Source: Malacoraja senta (taxonomy: Eukaryota). Taken from it: a stretch of 64,000 bases of DNA. Position numbers and translations under genes: made by a program. Every line of letters begins with the position of its first letter. Positions within the stretch are counted from its first letter, which is position 1. Under the pieces are notes generated by a model that ran no database searches, was not told the origin of the DNA, and was given only the letters and a program-made list of their open reading frames with translations. The stretch spans positions 310,001 through 374,000 of the forward strand of contig JAXLNO010000655.1 in assembly GCA_038087875.1 (NCBI GenBank), given 5' to 3'. Positions 1 to 11,033 of the stretch are shown one piece after another.

Positions 1-699
1 ACGTTGCGATAGTCCCTGCCTCAACTATCTCCTCCGGCAGCTCGTTCCATACGCCCACCACCCTTTGTTTGAAAAAAGTTGTTTGCTTCATGAGATTCTC
101 CTTTTAACCCATGCCCTCTCGTATTTGACATTTCCACCCTTGGAATAAAAGTGTATTTCTACTCTAGTTATGCCTCTGATAAATTGTACACACTCTTCTG
201 GGCCGCACCTCAGCATCAGACGCTCCAGAGAAACCAATCCGTATTTTCCCAACCTTTCATTGTAACTAATACCCTCCAATCCTGGCAACATCCTGGTGAA
301 GCATCCTGCATCCTCTCCAAATCAACCACATCTCTCCTGTAATGGGGCCACCGGAACTGCACACAATATTTCAAATGAGCCCCAACCAAAGTTTTCTGCA
401 ACATGACCTCTTGACTTATGAACTCGGCTCCCCACCAGATGAAGGCAAGTACTTATGAATGGCATAAGGTCAAGAGAATGGGAGCAGGAGTAGGCGTCTC
501 AAACCTGCCCTGTCATTCAATACGATCACGGCTGATCTACGCTGGCCTCATTCCTTCTCTGGGCCAGTTCCCCATAACTATAAATTCCCCAACCTTGCAA
601 CTATTTATCTACCTCATCCGAAATACATCTAATCCTCCGGCCTCCATCTCCCTCAGGAGTGGCACGGTGGTGCTGCGGTAGATTTGCTGTCTACCGCAA

Positions 700-1197
700 A
701 ATAGAGAGAGTACAGAGGAGATTTACTAGAATGTTGCCTGGGTTTCAGCAACTAAGTTACAGAGAAAGGTTGAACAAGTTAGGTCTTTATTCTTTGGAGC
801 GCAGAAGGTTAAGAGGGACTTGATAGAGGTCTTTAAAATTATGAGCGGGTTAGACAGAGTTGACGTGGATAAAGCTTTTCCATTGAGAGTAGGGAAGATT
901 CAAACAAGGGGACATGACTTGAGAATTAAGGGACAGAAGTTAGGCATTGGGGAACTTCTTTACTCAGAGAGTGGTTGCTGTGTGGAATGAGCTTCCAGTG
1001 GAAGTGGTGGAGGCAGGTTTGTTTTTATCCTTTAAAATAGGAATGGACGGGAAAGGAATGGAGGTTATGGTCTGAGTGCAGGTAGATGGGACTAGGGGGA
1101 AGTAAGAAGAAAGGGGGGGGGGGAAGTGTTCGGCACGGACTTGAAGGGCCGAGATGGCCTGTTTCCGTGCTGTAATGGTTATATGGTTATATGGTTA
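700..1197 (+). mobile_element. CR1 LINE 3' fragment with (ATATGGTT)n tail
   Basis: Degenerate CR1 ORF2 C-terminus, GGGCCGAGATGGCCT hairpin and tandem tail. Confidence 0.75.
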
Positions 1198-1241
1198 CTC
1201 TAGTCCCACATGCCTGCTATTGGCCCATATCCCTCTAAACC

Positions 1242-1627
1242 TATGTGTAGGAAAGAACTGCAGATGCTGGTTTAAATCGATGGATCAACTCAGCGGGACA
1301 GGCAGCATCTCTGGAGAGAAGGAATGGGTGACGTTTCGTGTCGAGACCTTTATACAATCACCCCTAATCCTCCTATGCACCAAGGAACAGAGTCCTAGCC
1401 TGCTCAACTTCTCCCTGTTGCTCAGGCCCTCAGGTCTTGACAACATCCTTGTTAATCTTCCCTGCACCCTTTCCAGCTAGGCAACATCTTTCCTATAATA
1501 TGGTACCCAGAGCTGGACACATTGCTCTGAGTACAACAGTCTGAAGAAGGGTCTCGACCCGAAACGTCACCCATTCCTTCTCTCCAGAGATGCTGCCTGT
1601 CCCGCTGAGTTATTCCAGCATTTTGTG
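1242..1627 (+). mobile_element. chimeric Penelope insertion: inverted pLTR + about 190 nt CR1-derived cargo + direct pLTR
   Basis: Flanked by the 12-bp TSD TCCCTCTAAACC (1230-1241 and 1628-1639). Confidence 0.75.
1541..1568 (+). ncRNA. minimal hammerhead ribozyme-like motif in Penelope pLTR
   Basis: CUGAAGA-A-[GGGU CUCG ACCC]-GAAAC-GUC, i.e. CUGANGA / stem II / GAAA / GUH. Confidence 0.6.
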
Positions 1628-1774
1628 TCCCTCTAAACCAACCCTCTCCATGTACCCGTCTACATGTTTCTGACAAGTTACGACAGTACCTGCCTCAGCT
1701 ACCACCTCCAACCACTTGTCCCATACACCCACCGCCTCTTTGTGTAAAAAAGTTACCCCTCAGGGTCCCACTAA

Positions 1775-2008
1775 AGGGCCTGTCCCACTTTCACGACCTA
1801 ATTCACGACCTCTGCCGAGTTTGCCCTCGACTCATACTCGCAGCATGGTCGTCACGAGGTCGTAGGAGGTCGTAGGTAGGTCGTAGGTAGGCCGTGATGC
1901 TAGCGTAGGTTCTCGTGGCATCAAGTAGGTCGGGCGTTTTCTAGCCTGATGAAAATGTCCACGAGTAAAAAAGGTCGTGAGTTAGGTCGTGAAAGTTGGA
2001 CAGGCCCT
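1775..2008. mobile_element. PIF/Harbinger-type MITE
   Basis: 36-bp terminal inverted repeats (TIRs) AGGGCCTGTCCCACTTTCACGACC.. with 2 mismatches; TAA on both flanks (1772-1774, 2009-2011). Confidence 0.88.
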
Positions 2009-2455
2009 TAAGTCTTTTCCCCCTCAGCTTAAACCTTTGTCCTCTAGTTCTCGATAGCCCAGCTGTATGCAAAAGACCCTATCTATTCCTCTCATGATTT
2101 TGTACACCTCTATCAGATCACCCCTCATCTTTCTGGGTTACGTGCTGTACTGTTCTATGTTGTCCTAAACTCCAAAGAATATAAATCCTGATGTACTGGA
2201 ATTTGCAAGGCACAGCGCACCTGTTTATCCCCGAGCTTGCTTGCTAACCTGTGCTTTATTATTACCATGCATCAGTAATTTGCCCTTTACATTCCCAGCA
2301 AAATCCATGCGCATAGAGTGATACAGTGTGGAAACAGGCCCTTCGGCCCAACTTGCCCACACCGGCCAACATGTCCTAGCTACATTAGTCCAACAAATCC
2401 TCACAGAGACAAGGAGAAATTAATAAAAACACCAGATATGTTATTGCCATTTTGT

Positions 2456-2461
2456 TTTATT
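2456..2461 (-). promoter_or_regulatory. candidate polyadenylation signal AATAAA
   Basis: AATAAA on the minus strand, followed about 20-50 nt later by GT/T-rich sequence (TGGTGTTTTT..TTGTCTCTGTG); repeats resume just beyond. Other AATAAA hexamers occur near 2796 and 2914. Confidence 0.6.
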
Positions 2462-2593
2462 GTCAAATGTGGTACCGGACAAGTTAAAATATAAACAAAA
2501 TTATCTATTTTTCTTTTTTTTCTTTTTTAAGAAATGGTATAAACCAGGTACAGAGTGTGTTATGCTACTAGAGGTCACTCATGCATGCACACA

Positions 2594-2606
2594 CTCTCTC
2601 TCTCTC

Positions 2607-2638
<32 letters not shown>

Positions 2639-2651
2639 ACTCGCTCTCTCA
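2594..2651. repeat. (TC)n microsatellite in the spon1 3' UTR
   Basis: Directly visible. Confidence 0.95.
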
Positions 2652-3266
2652 TAGTGTAACAATGAGTCTTCAAAACACAACTATGACATCAAAAAGGAAA
2701 TATTGGAAAAATTCTGCCGATATTTTGATCGAATCACTTGGGGTATCAGCAACGATCCCACAGAATGTAACAAACAATAGGCAAAAGTAAAACTATTTAT
2801 TTTAATTATTAAGTCTATCATTTTTTTTTTTACGTTATTCTTTTTCTTCCTGTGAAAGAACTAACAGTAAATGTTACTTTGATAAGGCATCTAAGTCTTG
2901 TATAATAAATGAATTTATTTTTACCTTTAAAAAAAAATAATCTCACAACCACCAGCCAAAGGGTGGCAAAGGTTTTAACACTGGAAGAAAAATAACATTA
3001 AACACCAGTGTATAAAAATGCAAATAAAATGTAACCACAGGTTAAACAACTTAAATTGCTTTCTAATCAGCTTGTGAGTGTGGGTATAAGATGTATGTGC
3101 GCGCATATGCATGTTTGTGTGTACAGTGATACTGAGACATTTATAAGTGTTACGGATACGGAAAGAATTTGTGTCGGAATGTGATATTAAAAAAAAAAAT
3201 CCCGTCACTTTCACAACAAAAAGCAGTGTGTTTGTCTGTGCAGTGTGGACGGCCCTGCCACGCTTC

Positions 3267-3430
3267 CTAACACGGATGGACATTGCACGCCCGGATCTCC
3301 CTCATATCCTTGCAGCCGGTGAGCTGGGAGGTGCGGTGCTTTCTCTTCACTGCCATGAAGCGCTCCTGAATGCCTCCACCGCAATACTTGCTGCAATCGG
3401 TCCACGCCGTCCACGTCTTCATCTTGCACC
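3267..3430 (-). CDS. spon1: F-spondin terminal coding exon, TSR6 and stop (exon 16 equivalent), 164 coding nt
   Basis: (G)CKMKTWTAWTDCSKYCGGGIQERFMAVKRKHRTSQLTGCKDMREIRACNVHPC-TAG, the characteristic F-spondin C-terminus EIRACNVHPC. Acceptor ..gttcag. Confidence 0.96.
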
Positions 3431-4989
3431 CTGAACAAGGGGCAGGATTTGCTGTTAGTGCGGGAAGGAACTGCAGGTGCTCATACGGTCATAAGGTCGG
3501 AAGGGATAGGAGTAGAAATAGGTCATACGGCCCATCAAGTCTACTCCGCCATTCAATCTATCCCTCCTCCGAACCCCATTCTCCTGCCTTCTCCCCGTAA
3601 CCTGTGACACCTGTACTAATCAAGAATCCATCTATCTCTGCCTTAAAAATATCCACTGACGGCCTCCACAGCATTCTGTGGCAAAAAATTCCACAGATTC
3701 ACCAGCCTCTGACTAAAGAAATTTCTCCTCATCTCCTTCCTCAAAGAACGTCCTTTTAATTCTGAGGCTATGACCTCTAATCCTAGACTCCCCCACCAGT
3801 GGAAACTTCGTCTCCACACCCACTTTATCCAAGCCTTTCACTATTCTGTAAGTTTCAGTAGGACTGGTTTACACCGAAGATGGACACAAACTCAGTAACT
3901 CAGCGGAACGGGAGCATCTCCGGAGAGAAGGAATGGGTGACGTTATGGGTCAGGACCCTTCTTCAGACTGTTGTACTCAGAGTATTGTGTCCAGCACTGG
4001 GTACCACGTTATAGGAAAGATGTTGCCTAGCGGGAAAGGGGGCAGAGAAGATTGACAAGGATGTTGCCAGGACCTGAGGGCCTGAGCACTAGGGAGAGGT
4101 TGAGCAGGCTGGGACTCTATTCCTTGGTGCATAGGAGGGTTAGGGGTGATCTTATCAAGGTGAATAAAATCATGAGAGGAAGAGATCGGGTAAATTTCAG
4201 ATCGAGACCCTTCTTCAGACTTGGTTCTTCAGCATTAGTGTAATCTCACTGCCACCATCGGGAAGAAGGTAGCAAAGCCTGAAAATCATGGCCGCCATGT
4301 TCAAGAACAGCTTCTTCCCAGCTACCATTATATGCACAGTCTCTTCCCCACGGTAGGTGAATGGAGAACCATCGGTTTAGGTGAAGGGGATAAGATTTAA
4401 TAGGAACCTGAGGGGTAACGTTTTCACACAGAGGGCTGTTCCCATCCTGTATCTCTAAAACTAAAACTAAACTTGGAAAAAATCCCGATGATTATCGTCG
4501 TGTGGTGGTGAATCTGTGGAATTCATTGCCACGGAAGACTGTGGAGGCCAAGTCATTGGGTATTTTTAAGGCGGATATTGATAGATACTTGATTAGTTCG
4601 GGAGTCAGGGCTTATGGGGAGAAGGCAGGGGAATGGGGTTAAGAGGGAAAGATAGAAATATAGAAAATAGGAGCAGGAGTAGACCATTCATCCCTTCGAA
4701 CCAGCACCGCCATTCAATATGATCGTGGCTGATCATCCTAATTCAGTACACCGTTCCTGCTATCTCCCCATATCCCTTGTTTCCGTTAGCCCTAAGAACT
4801 AAATCTAACTCTCTCTTGAAAACATCCAGTGAATTGACTTCCACTGCCTTCTGTGGCAGATAATTCCACAGATACACAACCCTCTGGGTGAAAAAATAGA
4901 TGGGCCATGATTGAATGGCGGAGTAGATTTGCTAGGCCTAATTCTGCTCCTGTGACATGACCATGAGGCTTCTTCGGGAACTTAGATAC

Positions 4990-5253
4990 CTGTATGTTCA
5001 GGGATTCTGGGCTCTCCTCTCATCTCCTTGATCCTTTGCTGCTCCGGAGCTTCCTTCCTACGCCTCTTCTCGTCCCCCTGCCTCCTCGAACACTTGCGAA
5101 CTTTGCACTTCTTGCGCTGGACGGTCTCGGGGCACGACGCCCCCCCGAACTGCGGCTCCAGCTTCACCATCCTCGTCCTGATCATGTGCCCCCTCCCGCA
5201 CGACTTGTTGCACTCCGACCACTCCGACCACTCGGACACCATGCAATCGGTCG
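4990..5253 (-). CDS. spon1: F-spondin coding exon, TSR5 plus basic linker (exon 15 equivalent), 264 nt
   Basis: (P)TDCMVSEWSEWSECNKSCGRGHMIRTRMVKLEPQFGGASCPETVQRKKCKVRKCSRRQGDEKRRRKEAPEQQRIKEMRGEPRIPEHT. Acceptor ..ttgcag, donor GTATCT, phase 1-1. Confidence 0.93.
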
Positions 5254-5958
5254 CTGCAAGGGAGAAAGCGGCATGAGCCGAGACGCGGAGGATGCAAACG
5301 AGCGGAAGCAAAGAGGAGCGCCCGCAGGATAACCTGGCGACAGAGATGCAAAAGTAACTGGAGCGACTCAGCGGGACAGGCAGCATCCCTGGAGAAAAGG
5401 TATAGGTGACGTTCCGGGTCGAGACCCTTCATCAGACTGAGAGTGTGGGGAAAGGGGAAGAATGAGAGATATAGACGGTGATGGTCGATGAGAGCGCGGA
5501 GAACCGCCATGAGGGGCGTGGGGATGAACAATGGACAATGGGAGGGGGGGGGGACAAAAGACAATGGGGACCCGGCGTGGGGGGAGAACAAAAGGAGGAG
5601 CTGCCGTGCTTTATAACTTTGTCACCGCCGTAGGTGTCCGCTATCTATATACATAGGGTACACAAGCTAAGGATTTCACTGATCCTTGTCACAGTGACAC
5701 TAAAGTAGTCCATCCATTCCTTCCACGTGGAGAGATGTAGAACAAATGAGAGATATAGAACAAATGAAAGATATGCACAAAATTAACGATGATAAACTAA
5801 GCGCTGTAAGGCAGCAACTCTACCGCTGTGCCACCGTGCCGCCCTGCGTTGGTGAGAATTTGTTGTGGAATTGGATGGGGTGAATGGCCTGCCAGCGACG
5901 TGCGGGGAGTGAGACGCGGGGAGCGCCAGGGCCGGCGCGGGATGGCACCTCTACTCAC

Positions 5959-6123
5959 GGCATTCAGGCAGCATGCACTTCTCCACCTGCTCCAGCTCCT
6001 CGTTGCAGGTGCCCACCTCGGCCGGGGTCTTCAGCATTCTCCGCCGCGCCCGCTTGCCGATGCCACAGGTCACGCTGCAGTCACTCCAGTCCGACCACAG
6101 AGTCAGCATGCACGGGATGGTCT
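5959..6123 (-). CDS. spon1: F-spondin coding exon, TSR4 (exon 14 equivalent), 165 nt
   Basis: (Q)TIPCMLTLWSDWSDCSVTCGIGKRARRRMLKTPAEVGTCNEELEQVEKCMLPEC, containing CSVTCG. Acceptor ..tttcag, donor GTGAGT, phase 1-1. Confidence 0.95.
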
Positions 6124-8139
6124 CTGAAACGCAACGCAGCACAGCCATCGCCAAGGATGCATCACCCCCCACCAAAGCGCAGGTCAAAGACAGGCATAGA
6201 GTGCTGGAGTAACTCAGCGGGACGGGCAGCATCTCTGGATGGAAGGAATTCCTTCTCTCCAGAGATGTTGCCCGGTCCACTGAGCTGCTCCAGCATTTTG
6301 TCTCTACCTTCGGTGTAAACCAGCGTCTGCAGTTCCTTCCTACACGAAGTGTTGGTCAAGTCAGGTCGAGTTTATTGTATGAGGGAATCAGGGGATGAGG
6401 AGTAACTTGTGCAGGTCTGGTCACCTCTTCATGGGAAGGATGTGAAGACTCTGGCATGGGGGCAGAGGAGGTTTACTGGAATGATGAGTAGCAAGGAACT
6501 GCAGATGTTGGATTACACTGAAACTAGACACAAAAAGATGGAGTTACTCAGTGGGTCAGGCAGCATCTCTGGACAAGACAAGTAGGTGACTATACTGTAT
6601 ATGAAAGATATGCAAAAAGCAACAATGATCAAGGAAAGAGCCAATTTTATATCTACCATTCCTTGATCATCGTTGCCTTTTACATATCTTTCATTCATTT
6701 GTTTTATGTTCCTTCTATATCTCTCGTTTCTTCTATAACGTCACCTATTCCTTTTCTCGAGAGAGAGAGAGAGAGAGAGGCTGCCTGACCCGCTGAGTTA
6801 CTCCAGCATTTTGTGTCTATTTACCAGAATGATGCCTGGATTTGAGGTATTAGCGACTGGGGGAGAGAGTGTGGACAGACTGGAATCGTTTTCTACGGAA
6901 CAAAGGAGCTTGCGGGGAGACTGGATGGAAATTTGTGAAAGGCATGGATAGGGTCGACAGTCAGAACCAATTTCCCAAGGGTGGAAATATCAAAGACTTG
7001 AATGCACAGCTTGAAGGTGAGATGTGCAAAGTTTAATCAGATGTGTTTGGCAAGTGTTTTTTGCACAGAGAACAGCGAGTGACAGTGTTAGATATGAAGG
7101 TGGCATTTAAGAGACTTTTGGATAAGAACATGGATATGCAGGGAATGGGGAGACAGTGATTCTGTGCAGGTAGATATAGGTTGGGCTTGGCATAATGTAC
7201 AGCACATATATTGTGTGCTGAAGGGCCCGTTAGAAACATAGAAACATAGAAACATAGAAAATAGGTGCAGGAGGAGACCATTCGGCCCTTCGAGCCAGCA
7301 CCGCCATTCATTGCGATCATGGCTGATCATCCCCAATCAATAACCCGTGCCTGCCTACCCCCCAAGAGACAATGGACTGTTCTCTTGCTGTGCTGTTCTG
7401 TGTTGTTCTATAATAAGATTATGAGAACCATAGATAAGGTTTATTCCCGTGGTAGGGGTATTGAAAACATACCATTGGAGACAATGGACTGCTTTTATGC
7501 TAAACCCAATTCAGATTAGTAAGGGTGTCAGGGGTTATGGGGAGAAGGCAGGAGAACAGGGTTGAGAGTGAGAGATAGATCAGCCATGATTGAATGGTGG
7601 AGTAGACTGAATGGGCTGAATGGCCTAATTCTGCTCCTATAACTTATGAACGAGAAGACATCGGTAAGAGGATCTAAATGAGATCTGAGGGCTATGGTTT
7701 TACGGAGAGTGTGGTTGATATCTGGAACGGTGGTGGAATCAGGTGCAATGAATACATTTAAAGGGCGTTTAGACTTAAATAGCAAGGCATAAAAAGATAC
7801 AGTGTTGATGCGGGCAAATAGCATTATGTAGGTGGGCAAAGTGACCAGCATGAAGATGGTGGGCCGTATACTGTCTGACTCTATGACTGGAAGCACTCAG
7901 TTTAGTTTATGAAATGTGCAGGAAGGAACTGCAGATGCTGGTTTAAACCGAAGATAGACACGATGAGCTGGAGTAACTCAGTGGGACGGGCAGCATCTCT
8001 GGAGAGAAGGAATGGGTGATGTTTTGAGTCGAGAACCTTCCAAGTGTCTCAACCCAAAACGCCACCCATTCCTTCTCTCCAGAGATGCTGCCTGTCTCGC
8101 TGAGTTACTCCAGCTTTTTGTGTCTATCAGTTTAGTTTA

Positions 8140-8442
8140 GTTAAGTTTCGAGATACAGCGCGGAAACAGGCCCTTCGGCCCACCGAGTCCACGTCGACCA
8201 GCGATCCCCACACACTAACACTATCCTACACTCACTAGGGACAATTTTTACAAATATACCAAGCCAATTCGCCTACAAACCTGCGCGTCTTTGGAGCGCG
8301 GGAGGAGACCGGAGCTCCCTGAGAAAACCCGCGCAGGTCACGGGGAGAACGTACAGACTCCCCACAGACAAGCACCCGTAGTCAGGATCGAACCTGGGTC
8401 TCTGGCGCTGTGGGGCAGCAACTCCGTGCCGCTGTAGTGCCC
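8140..8442 (-). mobile_element. HE1-type V-SINE
   Basis: Reverse-complement copy. Other minus-strand copies at about 20600-20880, 21210-21835, 23925-24203, 26575-26870, 29310-29608, 32075-32380, 33285-33560, 42215-42505, 43834-44143, 58450-58945, 59505-59815 and 62710-63015. Confidence 0.85.
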
Positions 8443-8489
8443 ATGAGCAAGATCCCAGCCTCAATCCCCGGGCAAGCCTTGATACTCAC

Positions 8490-8657
8490 GGCAATCCGGC
8501 ATCCCGCATTCCTCCAGTTGGATCGTGTCCACTTTGCACATGGAGCCATCCGAGGGGTGCATCTTGACCACCCTGTGGCGGCTCTTGGTGCCCATGCCAC
8601 AGCTGGCACTGCACTCCTCCCACTCTCCCCACTCCGTCACAAAGCACGTGTTGGATG
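8490..8657 (-). CDS. spon1: F-spondin coding exon, TSR3 (exon 13 equivalent), 168 nt
   Basis: (S)SNTCFVTEWGEWEECSASCGMGTKSRHRVVKMHPSDGSMCKVDTIQLEECGMPDC. Acceptor ..caacag, donor GTGAGT, phase 1-1. Confidence 0.95.
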
Positions 8658-8738
8658 CTGTTGCCCAGGGAGGAAGAGAAAGATCGGTCAGGGATCCAGC
8701 AAGGGATGTCCTGCCCGGCAACGATTAGTTTAGCTTAG

Positions 8739-9501
8739 GTAGACAAAAATGCTGGAGAAACTCAGCGGGTGCAGCGGCATCTATGGAGCGAAGGAAATAG
8801 GCAACGTTTCGGGCCGAAACCCTTCTTCAGACTGATGGGGGGTGGGGAGAAGAAAGGAAAAAAGGCGGAGGAGGAGCACGAGGGCTGAGGGATGGGAGGA
8901 GACAGCCCGAGGGCTGAGGAAGAGACAGCAAGGGCTAACAAAAATGGGAGAATTCAATGTTCATGCCCCCAGGATGTAGACTGCCCAAGCGGAATATGAG
9001 GTGCTGTTCCTCCAATTTCCGGTGTTGCTCGCTCTGGCCATGGAGGAGACCCAGGACAGAGAGGTCGGATATGGAATGGGAGGGGGAGTTGAAGTGCTGA
9101 GCCACCGGGAGGTCAGGTTGGTTATTGCGGACCGAGCGGAGGTATTCGGCGAAACGATCGCCAAGCCTCCGCTTGGTCTCACCGATCAGCTGACATCTAG
9201 AGCAGCGGATGCAATAGATGAGGTTGGAGGAGATGCAGGTGAACCTCTGTCGCACCTGGAACGACTGCTTGGGTCCTTGAATGGAGTCGAGGGGGGAGGT
9301 GAAGGGACAAGTGTTGCATCTCTTGCGGTTGCAAGGGAAAGTGCCCGGGGAGGGGGTGGTACGGGAGGGAAGGGAAGAATTGACAAGGGAGTTACGGAGG
9401 GAGCGGTCTTTGCGGAAGGCAGACATGGGGGGAGATGGGAAGATGTGGCGCGTGGTGGGGTCACGTTGGAGGTGGCGAAACTGACGGAGGATTACTTGTT
9501 G
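8739..9501 (-). mobile_element. Penelope-like retroelement, 5'-truncated (GIY-YIG endonuclease end, 3' UTR and pLTR)
   Basis: ORF 8935-9426 with CxxxxCxxC, NLIYCIRC..IGETKR and HF motifs of the PLE GIY-YIG domain (short deletion at the YIG). Flanked by the 13-bp duplication TAGTTTAGCTTAG (8726-8738 and 9502-9514). Confidence 0.9.
8803..8830 (-). ncRNA. minimal hammerhead ribozyme-like motif, UUCG-loop variant
   Basis: CUGAAGA-A-[GGGU UUCG GCCC]-GAAAC-GUU; same variant at 16588-16615 (-). Confidence 0.55.
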
Positions 9502-9514
9502 TAGTTTAGCTTAG

Positions 9515-9970
9515 TTTTGTTTATCGTCACATGTACCGAGGTACAGTGAAAAGCTCTCCGTCGCGTGCTAACCAGTCAGCGGAAAGACAATGACTACAAT
9601 CGAGCCATCCACAGTGTACAGATATATGATAAACGGAATAACGTTTAGTGCTAGATAAAGTCCAGTGAAGTCCGATTACATATAGTCCGAGGGTCTCTAG
9701 TGAGGTAGATGGTTGGTCAGTTCCACTCTCTAGTTGTTGAAAGAATGGTTCACTTGCCTGATGATAGTTGGGAAGAAACTGTCCCTGAATCTGGAGGTGT
9801 GTGTTTTCACACTTCTGTACCCTCTTGCCTGATGGGAGAGGGGGGGAAGATGGGAGAGAGAGTGACCGGTGTGAGACGCATCCTTGATTATCCCGGTGGC
9901 CTTGCCGAGGCAGCGTGAAGTGTAAATTGAGCCGATGGGAGGGAGGTTGGTTTGTGTGATGGTCTGGGAT
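9515..9970 (-). mobile_element. Rex1/Babar-like LINE 3' end
   Basis: IYTSRCLGKATGIIKDASHTGH..YRSVKTHTSRFRDSFFP C-terminus and CTGTACCTCGGTACATGTGAC..(AAACT)n tail. Related copies at about 18430-18970 (+), 24560-24750, 25345-25665, 44850-45110 and 63800-64000. Confidence 0.75.
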
Positions 9971-10862
9971 TGTAATTCAGTTGCAGTGTTCCATATCCCA
10001 GGGCTCAGTCCCATCCTCTCTACCATCGACATCAAATTCCCTGGAATATCATTCATCTCCACCCCATGTTTCTGGCAGTACAGCTGGTATATAGAACACT
10101 GAACAGTACAGCACACGAACAGGCCCTTCGGCCCACAATGTCTGTGTTGAACATGATGCCAAGTTAAACGAATCTCCTCTGTCTGCAGGTCATCCATATC
10201 TCTCCATTCCCTGCATATCCCTACGTCTATCCAAAAGCCACTTAAACATCACTATAGTATCTGCCTCTATCACCACCCCTGGCTCTTGGTGCGTTCCAGG
10301 CACCCAGCACCCTTTGCCCCGCATATCTTAGTTCAGGTTAGTATAGCTTAGAGATACAGCACAGAAACAGGCCCTTCAGCCCACCGGGTCCGTGCCGACC
10401 CGCGATCCCTGCACACTAACACTATCCTACACACACTAGGGTTAGGGAGAGGATGCTTCCACTCGTGGGAGAGTCTAGGACCGGAGGCCACAGCCTCAGA
10501 ATAAAAGGACACCCCTTTCGAAAGGAGATGAGGAGGGATTTCTTTAGTCAGAGGGTGGTGAATCTGTGGGATTCACTGCAACAGTTGTGGAGGCTAAGTC
10601 AATGGACATTTTCAAGGCAGAGATTGCCAGATTAGTACGGATGTCAGGGGGAAGGTGGGAGAATGGGGTTGGGGGGGAAAGAATGATCAGCCACGATTGA
10701 ATGGCAGAGTAGACCTGATGGGCCGAATGGCCTCATTCTGCTCCTAGAACGTATGGAGCGCCGCACTCAAGGTGTGAGCGCCCAGCTGTGCTGGGATGTC
10801 GAGGGGGGGGTCTGTGGTCTACTTCCAGCCCGCCAGCCCCCTTCCCCCTTCAATGCACCTAC

Positions 10863-11033
10863 AGCATTCGTCGTTGACGACGCACTTCTCGTTCCCCTGG
10901 GTGGGGAGGGTGCAGACCGAGCCGTCCTCTGGGTACTTCTGGATGTATCGCTCCCTCGATCGCATTCCCATTCCGCAGGACTTGCTGCAGGGGGACCAGC
11001 TGATCCACTCCGACATCATGCACGTCGTAGTAT
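10863..11033 (-). CDS. spon1: F-spondin coding exon, TSR2 (exon 12 equivalent), 171 nt
   Basis: (D)TTTCMMSEWISWSPCSKSCGMGMRSRERYIQKYPEDGSVCTLPTQGNEKCVVNDEC. Acceptor ..ttcccag, donor GTAGGT, phase 1-1. Confidence 0.95.

Larger units (their letters stand above)
2435..3266 (-). other. spon1: spon1 3' UTR (approximate)
   Basis: AT-rich stretch free of recognisable transposons between the stop codon and the candidate poly(A) signal; contains a (GA)n tract. Confidence 0.65.

Noticed and set aside
1790..1995. Short recurring GGTCGTAG/CACGACC motifs as a CRISPR-like array
   Set aside because: Internal and subterminal repeats of a MITE; no regular repeat-spacer period, and the DNA is vertebrate.
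5050..5075. KRRRK in the TSR5-6 linker as a furin site
   Set aside because: Does not fit R-X-K/R-R; it is only a basic patch.
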